A stretch of DNA of 64,000 bases from a virus (lineage: Duplodnaviria > Caudoviricetes). Below, piece after piece: positions 39,811-48,989 of this stretch. How positions within the stretch are numbered: position 1 is the first letter of the stretch; each line of letters opens with the position of its first letter. A program made the translations under genes and the position numbers. Below the pieces are notes generated by a model. That model had not been told where the DNA came from. It worked only from the letters and a program-made list of their open reading frames with translations, and searched no databases. The stretch covers positions 160,001 to 224,000 of IMG/VR virus record IMGVR_UViG_3300050142_000050. One strand, given 5' to 3'.

Positions 39811-40329
39811 ATGACTGTCTCTATCAAAACCTCTGGTGCTTTCCAGAACATCGAATTGGTCGATGGTGAGCTGCGCTATCGTCCGATGGAAAACATCGGT
39901 ACCTTTCACATGTCGGCCACTCGTCGTGCCCGCGCATCGATTGCCGATCTTTTCGTGAATCGTCAGTTTGAATTGGCGGTACGCCCTGTCTCCTTCCGGG
40001 AATGGCAGAGTCCCAAGAACGTGGAGGCGATGATTATCACCACCACTGAATTTGCTGACAAGATCCCCTCGGATGAAACGTGGTTGATCCGTCCTACCTG
40101 TCCCATGCATACCGACAATCCCGGTGTGGTCGCATGGATGGTGGTCGACAATTCGACCAAGGATCTCATCGAACATCCCATCTTCCTCATCCGCAAGGAT
40201 GTGGATAACATTCAGGGTCTGGTGGATCACCTCTTCGAGGATCAGATCCGCGCAGCTCGTGCCGAGCGCGAAGCCGATGAGGCTAACCGCAAGGCTCCCA
40301 ACAAGAATCTCATGTTCGAGAAGGCTTGA
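39811..40329 (+). CDS. hypothetical protein
   Basis: 172 aa, AAGGA RBS. Confidence 0.65.
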   Translation: MTVSIKTSGAFQNIELVDGELRYRPMENIGTFHMSATRRARASIADLFVNRQFELAVRPVSFREWQSPKNVEAMIITTTEFADKIPSDETWLIRPTCPMHTDNPGVVAWMVVDNSTKDLIEHPIFLIRKDVDNIQGLVDHLFEDQIRAARAEREADEANRKAPNKNLMFEKA

Positions 40330-40359
40330 TTCCCCATCGGACAAATGCTTTTGACAAAA

Positions 40360-40387
40360 TAGGTGGGAGGGATATCCCTCCCACCTA
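40360..40387. terminator. 28-bp perfect palindrome
   Basis: TAGGTGGGAGGGATATCCCTCCCACCTA. Confidence 0.7.
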
Positions 40388-40407
40388 AATTCGAGGAGTG
40401 TCCTAAC

Positions 40408-40827
40408 ATGCTTTTCACAACACCCAAGATAGCGATCAGCTGTCATGAGTTCCTCAGTTATCCCGCTCTCGCAATGCTGACCTGTCAGTTGGCAAATACG
40501 TCTCAACTCGATATGAATATTGCTACCCATGGAGTCGGGGTCTGTGTCATAACAGTAGGCAAAGACTCACTGTTACCAGCAGGGCGTTCGTCAAAAATAC
40601 TTAGGGTATTCGATGTCGAACACGATCAGCCTCCTCCGACCTATAAGAGGTTACGTCGTTTCGTCGCTGAACAACAGACCCCAGGGGATGACTTCATCGA
40701 GAAGATGACCCGGAATGTGGGATCACTCGTGGCGATGGTCCCCAGTGATCTGGATTACCTCTATCTGGTAGTGCGGCGAGATAACGAGCTCTCCCCCTAT
40801 CAGTTCTATGCCCTATTCGGATTCTAA
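40408..40827 (+). CDS. hypothetical protein
   Basis: GAGGAGTGTCCTAAC leader before ATG 40408. Confidence 0.6.
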   Translation: MLFTTPKIAISCHEFLSYPALAMLTCQLANTSQLDMNIATHGVGVCVITVGKDSLLPAGRSSKILRVFDVEHDQPPPTYKRLRRFVAEQQTPGDDFIEKMTRNVGSLVAMVPSDLDYLYLVVRRDNELSPYQFYALFGF

Positions 40828-40843
40828 GAGGAGTCCAGAGGGT

Positions 40844-41476
40844 ATGACTGAAGTTAAAGACAAGATCACATCGTTCTTGATGCCGGATCCTGATGGTAAA
40901 ATCAGATGGGGTTGGGAACTCGATATGAGTGATCATTCCAGAGTTCGGATATACCGATACGATGCGGTCACTCAGTCGAGGAAGTCCGGTAGTCTACTCG
41001 CACCTCCCGATGTCGCCAGTGCTATCATCAAGATCCTCAATGAAAAGTCCCGAGGTGTCCTCAGGGATGATCAGAAGATCATAGAGCAGATCGAGTCCAG
41101 AATCAAAGAACTCGACCAGCAGTATATCGATGAGGCGATGCGCAGGTCCTGTGAGAGCTGTCGGTACTTCGTGGCTAATCCTTACTACCACGATAGGCGA
41201 TGTCCGGATGAAAAGCCATACTGCTCAAATTCCCTCGTAATGGGTCTTGAGGAGGTTACGCCGTCCACCGCACTCAAGACCCAGGACACCTCGCTATGTG
41301 GTCCTGAGAAGGCTCTGTGGGAGACTGCGCCTATCGGCACCCGCATCCGTCTCATAGCGAGGAAGGTCGTGGTGTGGATCAGCCTCCTATTCAAGCTGAA
41401 TGTGACGTTCAGGGATCCCATCTGTGGGAAACCTGTAGTCCCCCGCAAATATCGTGGTGGTGGGATGTTGATCTGA
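40844..41476 (+). CDS. hypothetical protein with Cys cluster
   Basis: CESCRYF..C..C..CGPE possible metal-binding module. Confidence 0.6.
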   Translation: MTEVKDKITSFLMPDPDGKIRWGWELDMSDHSRVRIYRYDAVTQSRKSGSLLAPPDVASAIIKILNEKSRGVLRDDQKIIEQIESRIKELDQQYIDEAMRRSCESCRYFVANPYYHDRRCPDEKPYCSNSLVMGLEEVTPSTALKTQDTSLCGPEKALWETAPIGTRIRLIARKVVVWISLLFKLNVTFRDPICGKPVVPRKYRGGGMLI

Positions 41477-41506
41477 GCCATTGTTGTCCAATCAAGGAGA
41501 ACGACC

Positions 41507-41662
41507 ATGTATATTCAACCCAAACTCGGTGATAAGTTCACTCACGAGAATAAGAGGCGACGTAAAGGTCGCCTCGTGCTCGAGGATCGCTCCCAGGAGT
41601 CGAGGTTCGCAAAGACCTCCATGATCGACGATTGCATCATGAGGATGAAATGCAAACGGTGA
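41507..41662 (+). CDS. 51-aa basic protein (not in ORF track)
   Basis: AAGGAG RBS; MYIQPKLGDKFTHENKRRRKGR. Confidence 0.5.
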   Translation: MYIQPKLGDKFTHENKRRRKGRLVLEDRSQESRFAKTSMIDDCIMRMKCKR

Positions 41663-42018
41663 TATCGACAGCGCGTACAGCTGTCCTCTCTCTTCTACCT
41701 ACGCTCCAAGACGAACTCGACGATCTGGTGGAGAAATTACGGGAGGATGGGGTGGACTTGAGTGTAGACTACAATGCCTCCAGGCATAGCGTCTATCTTG
41801 ACTACATCACTCGTAATAACAAAGATCCGGGATCTGGTGCAGAGGCTCTCCATAGTCTCTGTACCTTCTGTGATTATTACGACATGGATATCCGTTTACA
41901 AGTCCTCGATGGCGAGCCCAAGCTCATGAGTCTCTACAGGAGGTTCGGCTTCTATGCTGACCCTGATGAGGATCACGAAGTATTCCGCCTGAGGCCTCGC
42001 ATCTCTGAGCGCAATTGA
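41650..42018 (+). CDS. GNAT-like acetyltransferase
   Basis: PGSGAEALHSLCTFCD..IRLQV..KLMSLYRRFGF resembles GNAT motifs A and B. Confidence 0.6.
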   Translation: MQTVISTARTAVLSLLPTLQDELDDLVEKLREDGVDLSVDYNASRHSVYLDYITRNNKDPGSGAEALHSLCTFCDYYDMDIRLQVLDGEPKLMSLYRRFGFYADPDEDHEVFRLRPRISERN

Positions 42019-42031
42019 GGAATAACGAGTT

Positions 42032-42376
42032 ATGCACAATCACCTATTCCTGTTCGGACTGCTCATATTTGCGGTACTGTGGGTAGTGCTCTATGACATG
42101 GGTACTGTCGCTAGACGTACCTTCACATTCACGATCTCCAATTGTGAACCCTACTCTGAGAATAATCTCAGAATGGTAGATAGTAGCAAACCCATCACCA
42201 TCCGCGTTTACAAACGATCCGAGCTCTTCCCGGATGGGCGGATGAAACTCGTCGACTCTCAGATGTACAGTCGATCAGAGACAGCACTGCGCGCGATCTC
42301 AGATTTTGTAGAGTGTCTGAATCTGCCGGCATATATCGAGATCAAGTACCTCAAAGATCCCGAACTCGGATCCTAA
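42032..42376 (+). CDS. membrane-anchored hypothetical protein
   Basis: N-terminal TM, GAGGA RBS. Confidence 0.6.
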   Translation: MHNHLFLFGLLIFAVLWVVLYDMGTVARRTFTFTISNCEPYSENNLRMVDSSKPITIRVYKRSELFPDGRMKLVDSQMYSRSETALRAISDFVECLNLPAYIEIKYLKDPELGS

Positions 42377-42396
42377 ATCACAAGGAGTGAAATATC

Positions 42397-42831
42397 ATGT
42401 CCGAACCTACCCATATCGGTGTCAAGAAGATCATCGCGACACCGATGACGCTCGCTGAGTACACTTCCTACAGAGGTTGGAATCAGATCTCTGGCGATGA
42501 GCCCCAAGAGGGATATCTACTCGAATATCCCGACGGCGGTCCCTCCAATCATCCCAAGCATAAAAACTACATCAGTTGGTCTCCCAAGGATGTGTTCGAT
42601 GCTTCCTACAAGCCCGTCGATGCGATGGATTTCCCACAGGCAGTCTTCGTGATGGAATGCGGCTATGTGGTGTCACGCAATATTCCGGATTTCAAAGACG
42701 TCGAACTTTGGATTATGGAAGACACCAAGAAGATCGTCTCGTCGACCGCGGGTGTGGTGACGAGCTCTGTCGCCATCCGCGGCGATGTGTTCTTCACCTC
42801 CGATTGGTATATCGTAAGAAAGAGGGACTGA
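42397..42831 (+). CDS. DUF2829/Tad2-like domain protein with N-terminal partner domain
   Basis: HIGVKKIIATPMT..GYLLEYPDGG..YISWSPKDVF then MDFPQAV..G..V.R...DWYIV. Confidence 0.65.
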   Translation: MSEPTHIGVKKIIATPMTLAEYTSYRGWNQISGDEPQEGYLLEYPDGGPSNHPKHKNYISWSPKDVFDASYKPVDAMDFPQAVFVMECGYVVSRNIPDFKDVELWIMEDTKKIVSSTAGVVTSSVAIRGDVFFTSDWYIVRKRD

Positions 42832-42832
42832 C

Positions 42833-43255
42833 ATGATGGGCGTCGTTATTGCATTAGGAGTGGTTGTCGCGATCCTGATCGTGCTCTTCGGCTCGAGTGG
42901 AGGATCACACCGGGTGTCGCATCATCGGCCTCCTCCCCCTCCAAAGAAAACCGATCCTCATATTACGAAAGAGGAGCCAGTGAAATCTCCTCCTCGCACT
43001 GGGGTCGGTGTCGTTACGAAGACGACTTCGAATTATGACTATTCGAAACGTGATCGCTCTAAGCCGTCGGATGCGAGTCAAGCATATCACTTCCCAGATG
43101 GTCGCGTCATTACCGTGTCGAACGAACCGGGATCGTCCACCCCGACCATCAGCGAGTACAATTCGTCGTCAGACTCATCGTCGACTTCTTGCGATACGAG
43201 CGATAGTTCGTCTAGCTCAGGGTCGTGCGACTCAGGAAGTTCTTCCTGGGATTAA
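42833..43255 (+). CDS. membrane-anchored Ser/Pro-rich protein
   Basis: N-terminal TM, C-terminal SSSDSSSTSCDTSDSSSSSGSCDSGSSSWD. Confidence 0.6.
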   Translation: MMGVVIALGVVVAILIVLFGSSGGSHRVSHHRPPPPPKKTDPHITKEEPVKSPPRTGVGVVTKTTSNYDYSKRDRSKPSDASQAYHFPDGRVITVSNEPGSSTPTISEYNSSSDSSSTSCDTSDSSSSSGSCDSGSSSWD

Positions 43256-43270
43256 CAAAAGGAATGTCCC

Positions 43271-43708
43271 ATGTCCAATGAAACCCAACTCAAGTTCGAC
43301 ATCGCGAATATCATTCTGGATATCCACAATGAAGACGCAGTCAGGCGCGCTCAAAAGCTTGCTCAGGAGAAAGAAGATGCTCGAAACTTAGAACTCTTCA
43401 AGACCACCGCTATCTACAAGGCTGTCGAAGACATCCAGTCTCGGGTGACGAGTAGCGAAGAAAAGTCGATTACTATCTCGCTCTTATTTTGGTCCGGTAG
43501 CGTGAACCTTACGGTCACCGTGTACACTTATCACCGCAGCTCTTCAGAGTCCTTCACCGCCATCTGCTCCGCGGAGGGCGAGGTTCATGATTTTACCACC
43601 CCCCTCGGTACCCCCATATACAGCAGTGATGGTAAAGCTATGGACTTTATCAAGCTTCTGGTGAAAACTCTCATGGAAAAGGAGCTCATCGCCGCCCCAG
43701 AGGGGTGA
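43271..43708 (+). CDS. hypothetical protein
   Basis: 145 aa, AAGGAA RBS. Confidence 0.65.
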   Translation: MSNETQLKFDIANIILDIHNEDAVRRAQKLAQEKEDARNLELFKTTAIYKAVEDIQSRVTSSEEKSITISLLFWSGSVNLTVTVYTYHRSSSESFTAICSAEGEVHDFTTPLGTPIYSSDGKAMDFIKLLVKTLMEKELIAAPEG

Positions 43709-43776
43709 CCTTTCCCATGGGTCGGTGTATTCGCATCGACCCATATCTGCCCGCCGTTTTACAAAAAGGAATTCCC

Positions 43777-44169
43777 ATGCATTTCCTCGTATGGTCGATG
43801 ATCATCTTTTACATCGGCAGTATTCCAGTGTTGCGCAAATGGCAACGGTCCGATATCGTGGCGGTATTCCTCAACGAACTCATCATGATCGGCGTCATCA
43901 CGATGTTCCGCAGTTACATCCTGCATTACCCTCCACTCGTTACCGAGATGGGTCTCTATCACCTATCCATCCTGATCACAGCAGGTTCGCTGGTATGGTC
44001 TCTACTGAACCTGATGACGTACGGGGCCACACTCCTATTCGCACCCGAAAAATACGGTGACGACAAGTGGATCATGATGAGTACCAGCATATTGCTGACG
44101 ATACTGTATTTCTGTGTCTATGATACAATCGGCTTCTTCCTCAGTACCGCGAGTGCTATCTACCGCTGA
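43777..44169 (+). CDS. multi-pass membrane protein
   Basis: Four hydrophobic segments; AAGGA RBS before ATG 43777. Confidence 0.6.
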   Translation: MHFLVWSMIIFYIGSIPVLRKWQRSDIVAVFLNELIMIGVITMFRSYILHYPPLVTEMGLYHLSILITAGSLVWSLLNLMTYGATLLFAPEKYGDDKWIMMSTSILLTILYFCVYDTIGFFLSTASAIYR

Positions 44170-44186
44170 TCCACGGAGACTTCATC

Positions 44187-44462
44187 GTGAGGAAGAGAAA
44201 GACGCATCGCATTCGACGAGTACTCCCCGAACCAGTGGTGGGGGTGAATGCTTACGCACTGGATGATGGGAATCATACCTACACCGACTCGGACGATCCT
44301 AACGATCTCCCGGTGGTGGGTTGGAGTGTCTATATGAGATACTCGATATGTGGAGACCATCATGGGGCTTTTGCATTCAGAGACTTTGAGACTAAGGAAG
44401 AGGCTCTGGCCTATGCAAATGTACTGAGTAATCGGTACAATGCTGAAATCAGAATCTACTGA
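44187..44462 (+). CDS. small hypothetical protein
   Basis: GTG start, GGAG RBS; RDFETKEEALAYA. Confidence 0.55.
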   Translation: MRKRKTHRIRRVLPEPVVGVNAYALDDGNHTYTDSDDPNDLPVVGWSVYMRYSICGDHHGAFAFRDFETKEEALAYANVLSNRYNAEIRIY

Positions 44463-44474
44463 CTATCGTCTTAC

Positions 44475-44501
44475 ATGGGTAGGAGGGATACTCCTACCCA
44501 T
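44475..44501 (+). terminator. 11-bp hairpin
   Basis: ATGGGTAGGAG-GGATA-CTCCTACCCAT. Confidence 0.65.
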
Positions 44502-44532
44502 CATTGACAGTAGTGTCACTAAGGAGAAGGAT

Positions 44533-44808
44533 ATGACGAGTCTCGCACACATCGAAGATAAAGACATCATCGCGCTTCTTGAAGCAGGTGATGGCGACAT
44601 CGATACGGTGAAGGATATCTTCAGCCGCTCGAAGAATGCTTTGGATGAAGATCTGAAGAACACTTCGATCCCCTATCGTGTGATGGACAAGCGTACTGAG
44701 TTCATCAAGAACGCAGGTGAGGCTATCTCGTCCAATGATACCAAGACTGCTGTCACCAGCCTCTTCGGTTTCTGGACCGATGGCGGCACCAACGTCATGC
44801 GTAAATAA
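44533..44808 (+). CDS. small hypothetical protein
   Basis: AAGGAG RBS before ATG 44533. Confidence 0.65.
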   Translation: MTSLAHIEDKDIIALLEAGDGDIDTVKDIFSRSKNALDEDLKNTSIPYRVMDKRTEFIKNAGEAISSNDTKTAVTSLFGFWTDGGTNVMRK

Positions 44809-44829
44809 TCACAACTGAGGAGGTAGTAA

Positions 44830-45318
44830 ATGACTACCTCCTTTTCACATATAGAGGTCTATATGCTTTCACAATTCATGACCAGGCTGAACACCACCGC
44901 TCTCGCTCGTGAGGTTTCGGTAGCCGCATCCGATATGAGAATCGCTCATCTCGAGCGGATGCATCGTAGTAAGGGACGACCCATCGGGTCTTTCTTTAAC
45001 TTCGAAGAGATGTGTGAGTATATCGAGATGAACCGGGATGTGTCTCATCCCAATCTGGGTATCTGCTGTCGTCTCTGGTTCACAGCACCCAGTATCGGGA
45101 TCTCCAATTCGATCCCGGTCTATTTCACAAGTGTACCAGCACTCCTTCCTCTTGCGGAAGACGGCCCTGGATACATCTTCACCGCCGTGGTGAGCTACCA
45201 GACTCCCGATGGAGCATTCCTCAATTACAAGGAATTCGACATCAGGGAATGTAATCTGGTGGACTATTGCAAGATTGGTGATGGGGCTTTCTTCCCCATG
45301 GAAACCAGTCACGTCTGA
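44830..45318 (+). CDS. hypothetical protein
   Basis: GAGGAGG RBS. Confidence 0.6.
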   Translation: MTTSFSHIEVYMLSQFMTRLNTTALAREVSVAASDMRIAHLERMHRSKGRPIGSFFNFEEMCEYIEMNRDVSHPNLGICCRLWFTAPSIGISNSIPVYFTSVPALLPLAEDGPGYIFTAVVSYQTPDGAFLNYKEFDIRECNLVDYCKIGDGAFFPMETSHV

Positions 45319-45346
45319 TATTCAATATTCAAGGAGGAGCCTGAAT

Positions 45347-45589
45347 ATGGATCTGTACTTCATCCCAGCGATCATCTTCATCATCGGAGCATGTGTCTAC
45401 TATCTCGGCTCCAACGCGAGGAATATTCGCAATCATCTCATCAGCGATCCTCGTTTTACCGACCTCGATCTCAAGACCCAGGAAAAGATCATCAACAACA
45501 CCGATGGTCTCAAGGTCATGATGATCGGGAATTTTCTGATCTCGAGTGGGGCCGTCTTGGCTCTGGTCATTTATCTCATCACCTATTGA
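45347..45589 (+). CDS. two-TM membrane protein
   Basis: AAGGAGG RBS; N- and C-terminal hydrophobic segments. Confidence 0.6.
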   Translation: MDLYFIPAIIFIIGACVYYLGSNARNIRNHLISDPRFTDLDLKTQEKIINNTDGLKVMMIGNFLISSGAVLALVIYLITY

Positions 45590-45692
45590 TTCCAACTCGT
45601 CCTAGGAAGGAATACACCCTATCATGAAACCCATTGAGAAGCTCATCGCTCACATCGTCGAGTCCATCCCTACCTGTACGTTGTGATCCATC

Positions 45693-46103
45693 ATGTACGA
45701 CAGATCACTCATCGGTTTGATACCGATCATCATCTTCGCCATGGCTTCGTACGGGCACCTTAGACGTGCTCGTACTGACCATTCCATCAGTCTCCTCACT
45801 CTCACTCTGAGGTTGTTTGTCTGGGCTATCATCACAGTGGGAGAGGTATTCCTCATCCCGATTGGGGCTGAGCCTTATTTCACAATCATACTGGTGATTC
45901 TCACCATGTCGTTTATCGGGGAAATCAAAGCCGTATGGGGATCTGATGTGATCCTCGATTTCCTCCACAAGAAGCGCTACTTCGGTAGCAGGGTGGTCAA
46001 TGTCATCTTGATCACACTGGTATTCTACGACCGACTGCTGGTGGGGATCCTTTCTCTACCATTCTGTTGGTCATATCACAGAGTGCGCAAATATCTCCGA
46101 TAG
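45693..46103 (+). CDS. multi-pass membrane protein
   Basis: Four to five hydrophobic segments. Confidence 0.55.
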   Translation: MYDRSLIGLIPIIIFAMASYGHLRRARTDHSISLLTLTLRLFVWAIITVGEVFLIPIGAEPYFTIILVILTMSFIGEIKAVWGSDVILDFLHKKRYFGSRVVNVILITLVFYDRLLVGILSLPFCWSYHRVRKYLR

Positions 46104-46113
46104 ATTTCACGCA

Positions 46114-46139
46114 GGGTAGGGTCCGTGAGGACCCTACCT
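46114..46139 (+). terminator. hairpin, GTGA loop
   Basis: GGGTAGGGTCC-GTGA-GGACCCTACCT followed by an AT-rich tract. Confidence 0.7.
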
Positions 46140-46202
46140 TGGTGTAATTTATTTTCGATTCCCATCGCGATTTTTTGACAATTAATCAACTCGGTTAGAA
46201 TC

Positions 46203-46219
46203 TCATATTACCAGAGTGA
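46203..46219 (+). promoter_or_regulatory. candidate early promoter
   Basis: TCATATTACCAGAGTGA, identical to 29838 copy, 25 nt before ligase ATG. Confidence 0.7.
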
Positions 46220-46243
46220 AGCCGGACATCTAAGGAGGTTGTC

Positions 46244-48340
46244 ATGATTTCTTTCCCACCTCATGGTCTATCCGGAGATGATCTCACTCAGTGGTACTGC
46301 GATAATGCAGACGCCATCCTGAAGGATCACTCTACCGATGATCCCACTATCGAGAGTGTCACTCTTCTGACGGGTCTCGTTGCGGCGGCTAACACCCGCT
46401 ATCGCAATCACCAGGAGTCTCCACTCGCCGATTCGGTTTATGATGCTCTAGTGAAGAAACTGGGCGTTAGTGATGATCTCCAACTCACCAAGGTAGGAGA
46501 TGCTTCCATACGACACCTGGTGCAGATGCCCAGCCTCAGGAAGCTCTATAGCCTCGATAGGGGCTTATATCACAGAAGCCGGTCGTGGTACATAGATCCC
46601 AAGATCGATGGAGTGGCTATCTCGATACACTATCTAGAGGGCAAGCTCTTCATGGCGGCGCTGAGCGGGAATGGGGTCGTAGGAGATCTGATCACGGCAC
46701 GTATCCTCAACATCCCCTTTGTACCCAATGAGATCTCCACCAGTCATCCGATGAGTCATATCGAAATTCGTGGTGAAATCTACGTCACGCATGGTTCACT
46801 AACCGCAATCAACAAACTCATTGCGAATATCGATGGGGTCGATCCTTACAAGAATAACAGATCGGCAGCTGCCGGTATGATCAACACTATTGACAATGAT
46901 CATTTCAAACCGTACCTGTCCTTTGCGGCATGGGACATGATCATCCATCAGGGCTTTGATCCTTATCACACACGTGGTTCGAAAATGTCGGCTCTGGCTG
47001 AGATGGGATTCATCATCCCTCCATTGGCAGTGACCGCTACGATATCGGACGAAGTCGACGAGATCGTGAGCGAGCTGGTCACTACGCGTTCTAAGATTTG
47101 GGATTTGGGTATACCCATCGACGGTTTCGTGTTCAAACCCAATAGTTCCCGTGAATATGAATACTCGCCCATCACGAGCGAGACCGATGTACCCATGAAG
47201 TATCACCCAGTGGCCTTTGCTTATAAGCTCCCTAACGAATGGGAAGAGAGCAAGGTCTATGGAGTCGACTACCAATTGGGCAGGACAGGGGTAGTAACTC
47301 CTGTGTATCGCATCGCACCAGTGATTATCGATGGTACCACCATCTCGAGCGCCACTGGTCACAATGTCTATCACATGGAAGGATTGGGGATAGGCCCCAA
47401 CAGTGAGGTCACTGTCGCTAGGGCTGGTGGGGTAATCCCTGCTATCCGAACTGTGAGGACTTCACCAGATGGCCCGTTTCCTATTCCGACCGATTGTCCC
47501 AGCTGTGGAAAACCACTGGTACGACTGGAGCGGAAGCTCTTGTGCCGGGAGTTCGATTGCAAAGATAAGTTCTATTCCTATCTGACCTATATCGTCAGTA
47601 AGGAATGCCTCAACATACCCGGTTATGGGGAAGTATGGGCCAGGAGCGTAGTCGATGATTCGATCACCCTCAATCAACCTCTGACCGGCAGTCGTGTCGC
47701 AGATTTGATCTTGGGTAATAACTTCCGATCGAGTACGCCAGTTCTCTCACTGGACAAGATGCGAGGTCCGTCGTTCACATGTCGGGAGATCGTCCTAGCA
47801 CTCAACATACCCAATGTGGGTGTGGTGGCTGCCGACAAGATCACCAGTCTCGTCAATGGTGACACATATTCCATCGTGTCGTACTTGACGGAACAACCCG
47901 AGACACTCGAGCGTGCAGGTATTCCAATCCATGCTCGAGAGAGTATCGCTGAGTATTTCCAAGAGGGAAGCAAGACTCGGGTATGGGCCGAAGCCTTCAT
48001 CCTCAGGTTGAGTGAACTCGGTGCTATCGAGATCATGAAACCTATCCAAAGGACGATGGGTCCTGGTGTAGTCGTCACTGGTAAATTTAGTGATGGTACA
48101 AGGGATACCATCAAAGAACTCATACAGAGCATGGGATATTCCGTCACCAAGAACGTGAACCCTGCTACTAAATTCTTACTCGCTGGGGAAGACCCATCCC
48201 AAAAGAAGATCAAAGTCGCAAAAGATCTCGGGGTGACCATCATTAACGATGGTGGCGGGAGCTACAAGGATGCCTTGGCTAATTGGGTCAAGGACGTAGG
48301 TAACTGGAGGACATCGAGCCTCCTGAGCCTTATCGAGTAG
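46244..48340 (+). CDS. ligA: NAD-dependent DNA ligase
   Basis: Ia-like YRNHQESPLADSVYDAL, PKIDG (adenylated Lys), EIRGE, PIDGFVFK, GRTGVVTP, CPSC..C..C zinc finger, C-terminal BRCT (VVTG...KKIKVAKDLGVTII). Confidence 0.92.
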   Translation: MISFPPHGLSGDDLTQWYCDNADAILKDHSTDDPTIESVTLLTGLVAAANTRYRNHQESPLADSVYDALVKKLGVSDDLQLTKVGDASIRHLVQMPSLRKLYSLDRGLYHRSRSWYIDPKIDGVAISIHYLEGKLFMAALSGNGVVGDLITARILNIPFVPNEISTSHPMSHIEIRGEIYVTHGSLTAINKLIANIDGVDPYKNNRSAAAGMINTIDNDHFKPYLSFAAWDMIIHQGFDPYHTRGSKMSALAEMGFIIPPLAVTATISDEVDEIVSELVTTRSKIWDLGIPIDGFVFKPNSSREYEYSPITSETDVPMKYHPVAFAYKLPNEWEESKVYGVDYQLGRTGVVTPVYRIAPVIIDGTTISSATGHNVYHMEGLGIGPNSEVTVARAGGVIPAIRTVRTSPDGPFPIPTDCPSCGKPLVRLERKLLCREFDCKDKFYSYLTYIVSKECLNIPGYGEVWARSVVDDSITLNQPLTGSRVADLILGNNFRSSTPVLSLDKMRGPSFTCREIVLALNIPNVGVVAADKITSLVNGDTYSIVSYLTEQPETLERAGIPIHARESIAEYFQEGSKTRVWAEAFILRLSELGAIEIMKPIQRTMGPGVVVTGKFSDGTRDTIKELIQSMGYSVTKNVNPATKFLLAGEDPSQKKIKVAKDLGVTIINDGGGSYKDALANWVKDVGNWRTSSLLSLIE

Positions 48341-48367
48341 CAAAACAATATCGTTCGGGTCGCCTGG

Positions 48368-48399
48368 GGGATAGTGAGGAGAGCTTTTCTTACTATCCC
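48368..48399 (+). terminator. imperfect hairpin
   Basis: GGGATAGTGAGGAGAG/CTTTTCTTACTATCCC with wobble pairs. Confidence 0.5.
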
Positions 48400-48457
48400 T
48401 CAAGTAAACAACAGAGTAGAGCTATGCTGAAATCTATTTCGAGATCGGAATTCTATC

Positions 48458-48916
48458 ATGCCTACCCCCAACGAAGAAGGAAACCAGGACACCTTAACGG
48501 ACGTCCACAGGAGTGATGACAGACAAGCCCACTGTGAACAAATGCGAGATATATCGAGAAGGTATCCAGTAGGGGTAGTTATTCCACCGATCCAGAACGA
48601 TGTGGACCCTATTGTGAACATCTTCCTGCTCTGTGGGGCAGATGTATCGGTCGGTAAAGATCATGAATACAGGCTCGCATACCTGAAGAATAGGGAACAC
48701 TCTTTGAATGGGGAGTTCTTCTATAGTCCTGACAGGATCATTGCGGTACCTAAGATCATCGCCAGTCATCACAAATTAGCGCGTCAATCAAACCGCATGG
48801 GGAGCGGTTTGGTTCGCTGTCGGCATAAACGCCTCTATGAGGTATTGGCCTTCAATGCCATTTTGGGCAAGAAGAAGGGCAAATATAAAGACAAAAGAGC
48901 CACACGGGCTCGCTGA
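48458..48916 (+). CDS. hypothetical protein
   Basis: 152 aa between two hairpins. Confidence 0.5.
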   Translation: MPTPNEEGNQDTLTDVHRSDDRQAHCEQMRDISRRYPVGVVIPPIQNDVDPIVNIFLLCGADVSVGKDHEYRLAYLKNREHSLNGEFFYSPDRIIAVPKIIASHHKLARQSNRMGSGLVRCRHKRLYEVLAFNAILGKKKGKYKDKRATRAR

Positions 48917-48934
48917 ACTAAGTTCCACAGGGGG

Positions 48935-48960
48935 ACACAGGAGCCTCGCGGCTCCTGTGT
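48935..48960 (+). terminator. 11-bp hairpin, TCGC loop
   Basis: ACACAGGAGCC-TCGC-GGCTCCTGTGT. Confidence 0.65.
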
Positions 48961-48989
48961 ATGTGTGACTATTTGGAGGAGTATCGATT

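Noticed and set aside
46176-46202. TTGACA...TAGAAT sigma70-like promoter
   Set aside because: Spacer is only 15 nt and the adjacent phage-type motif explains the region better
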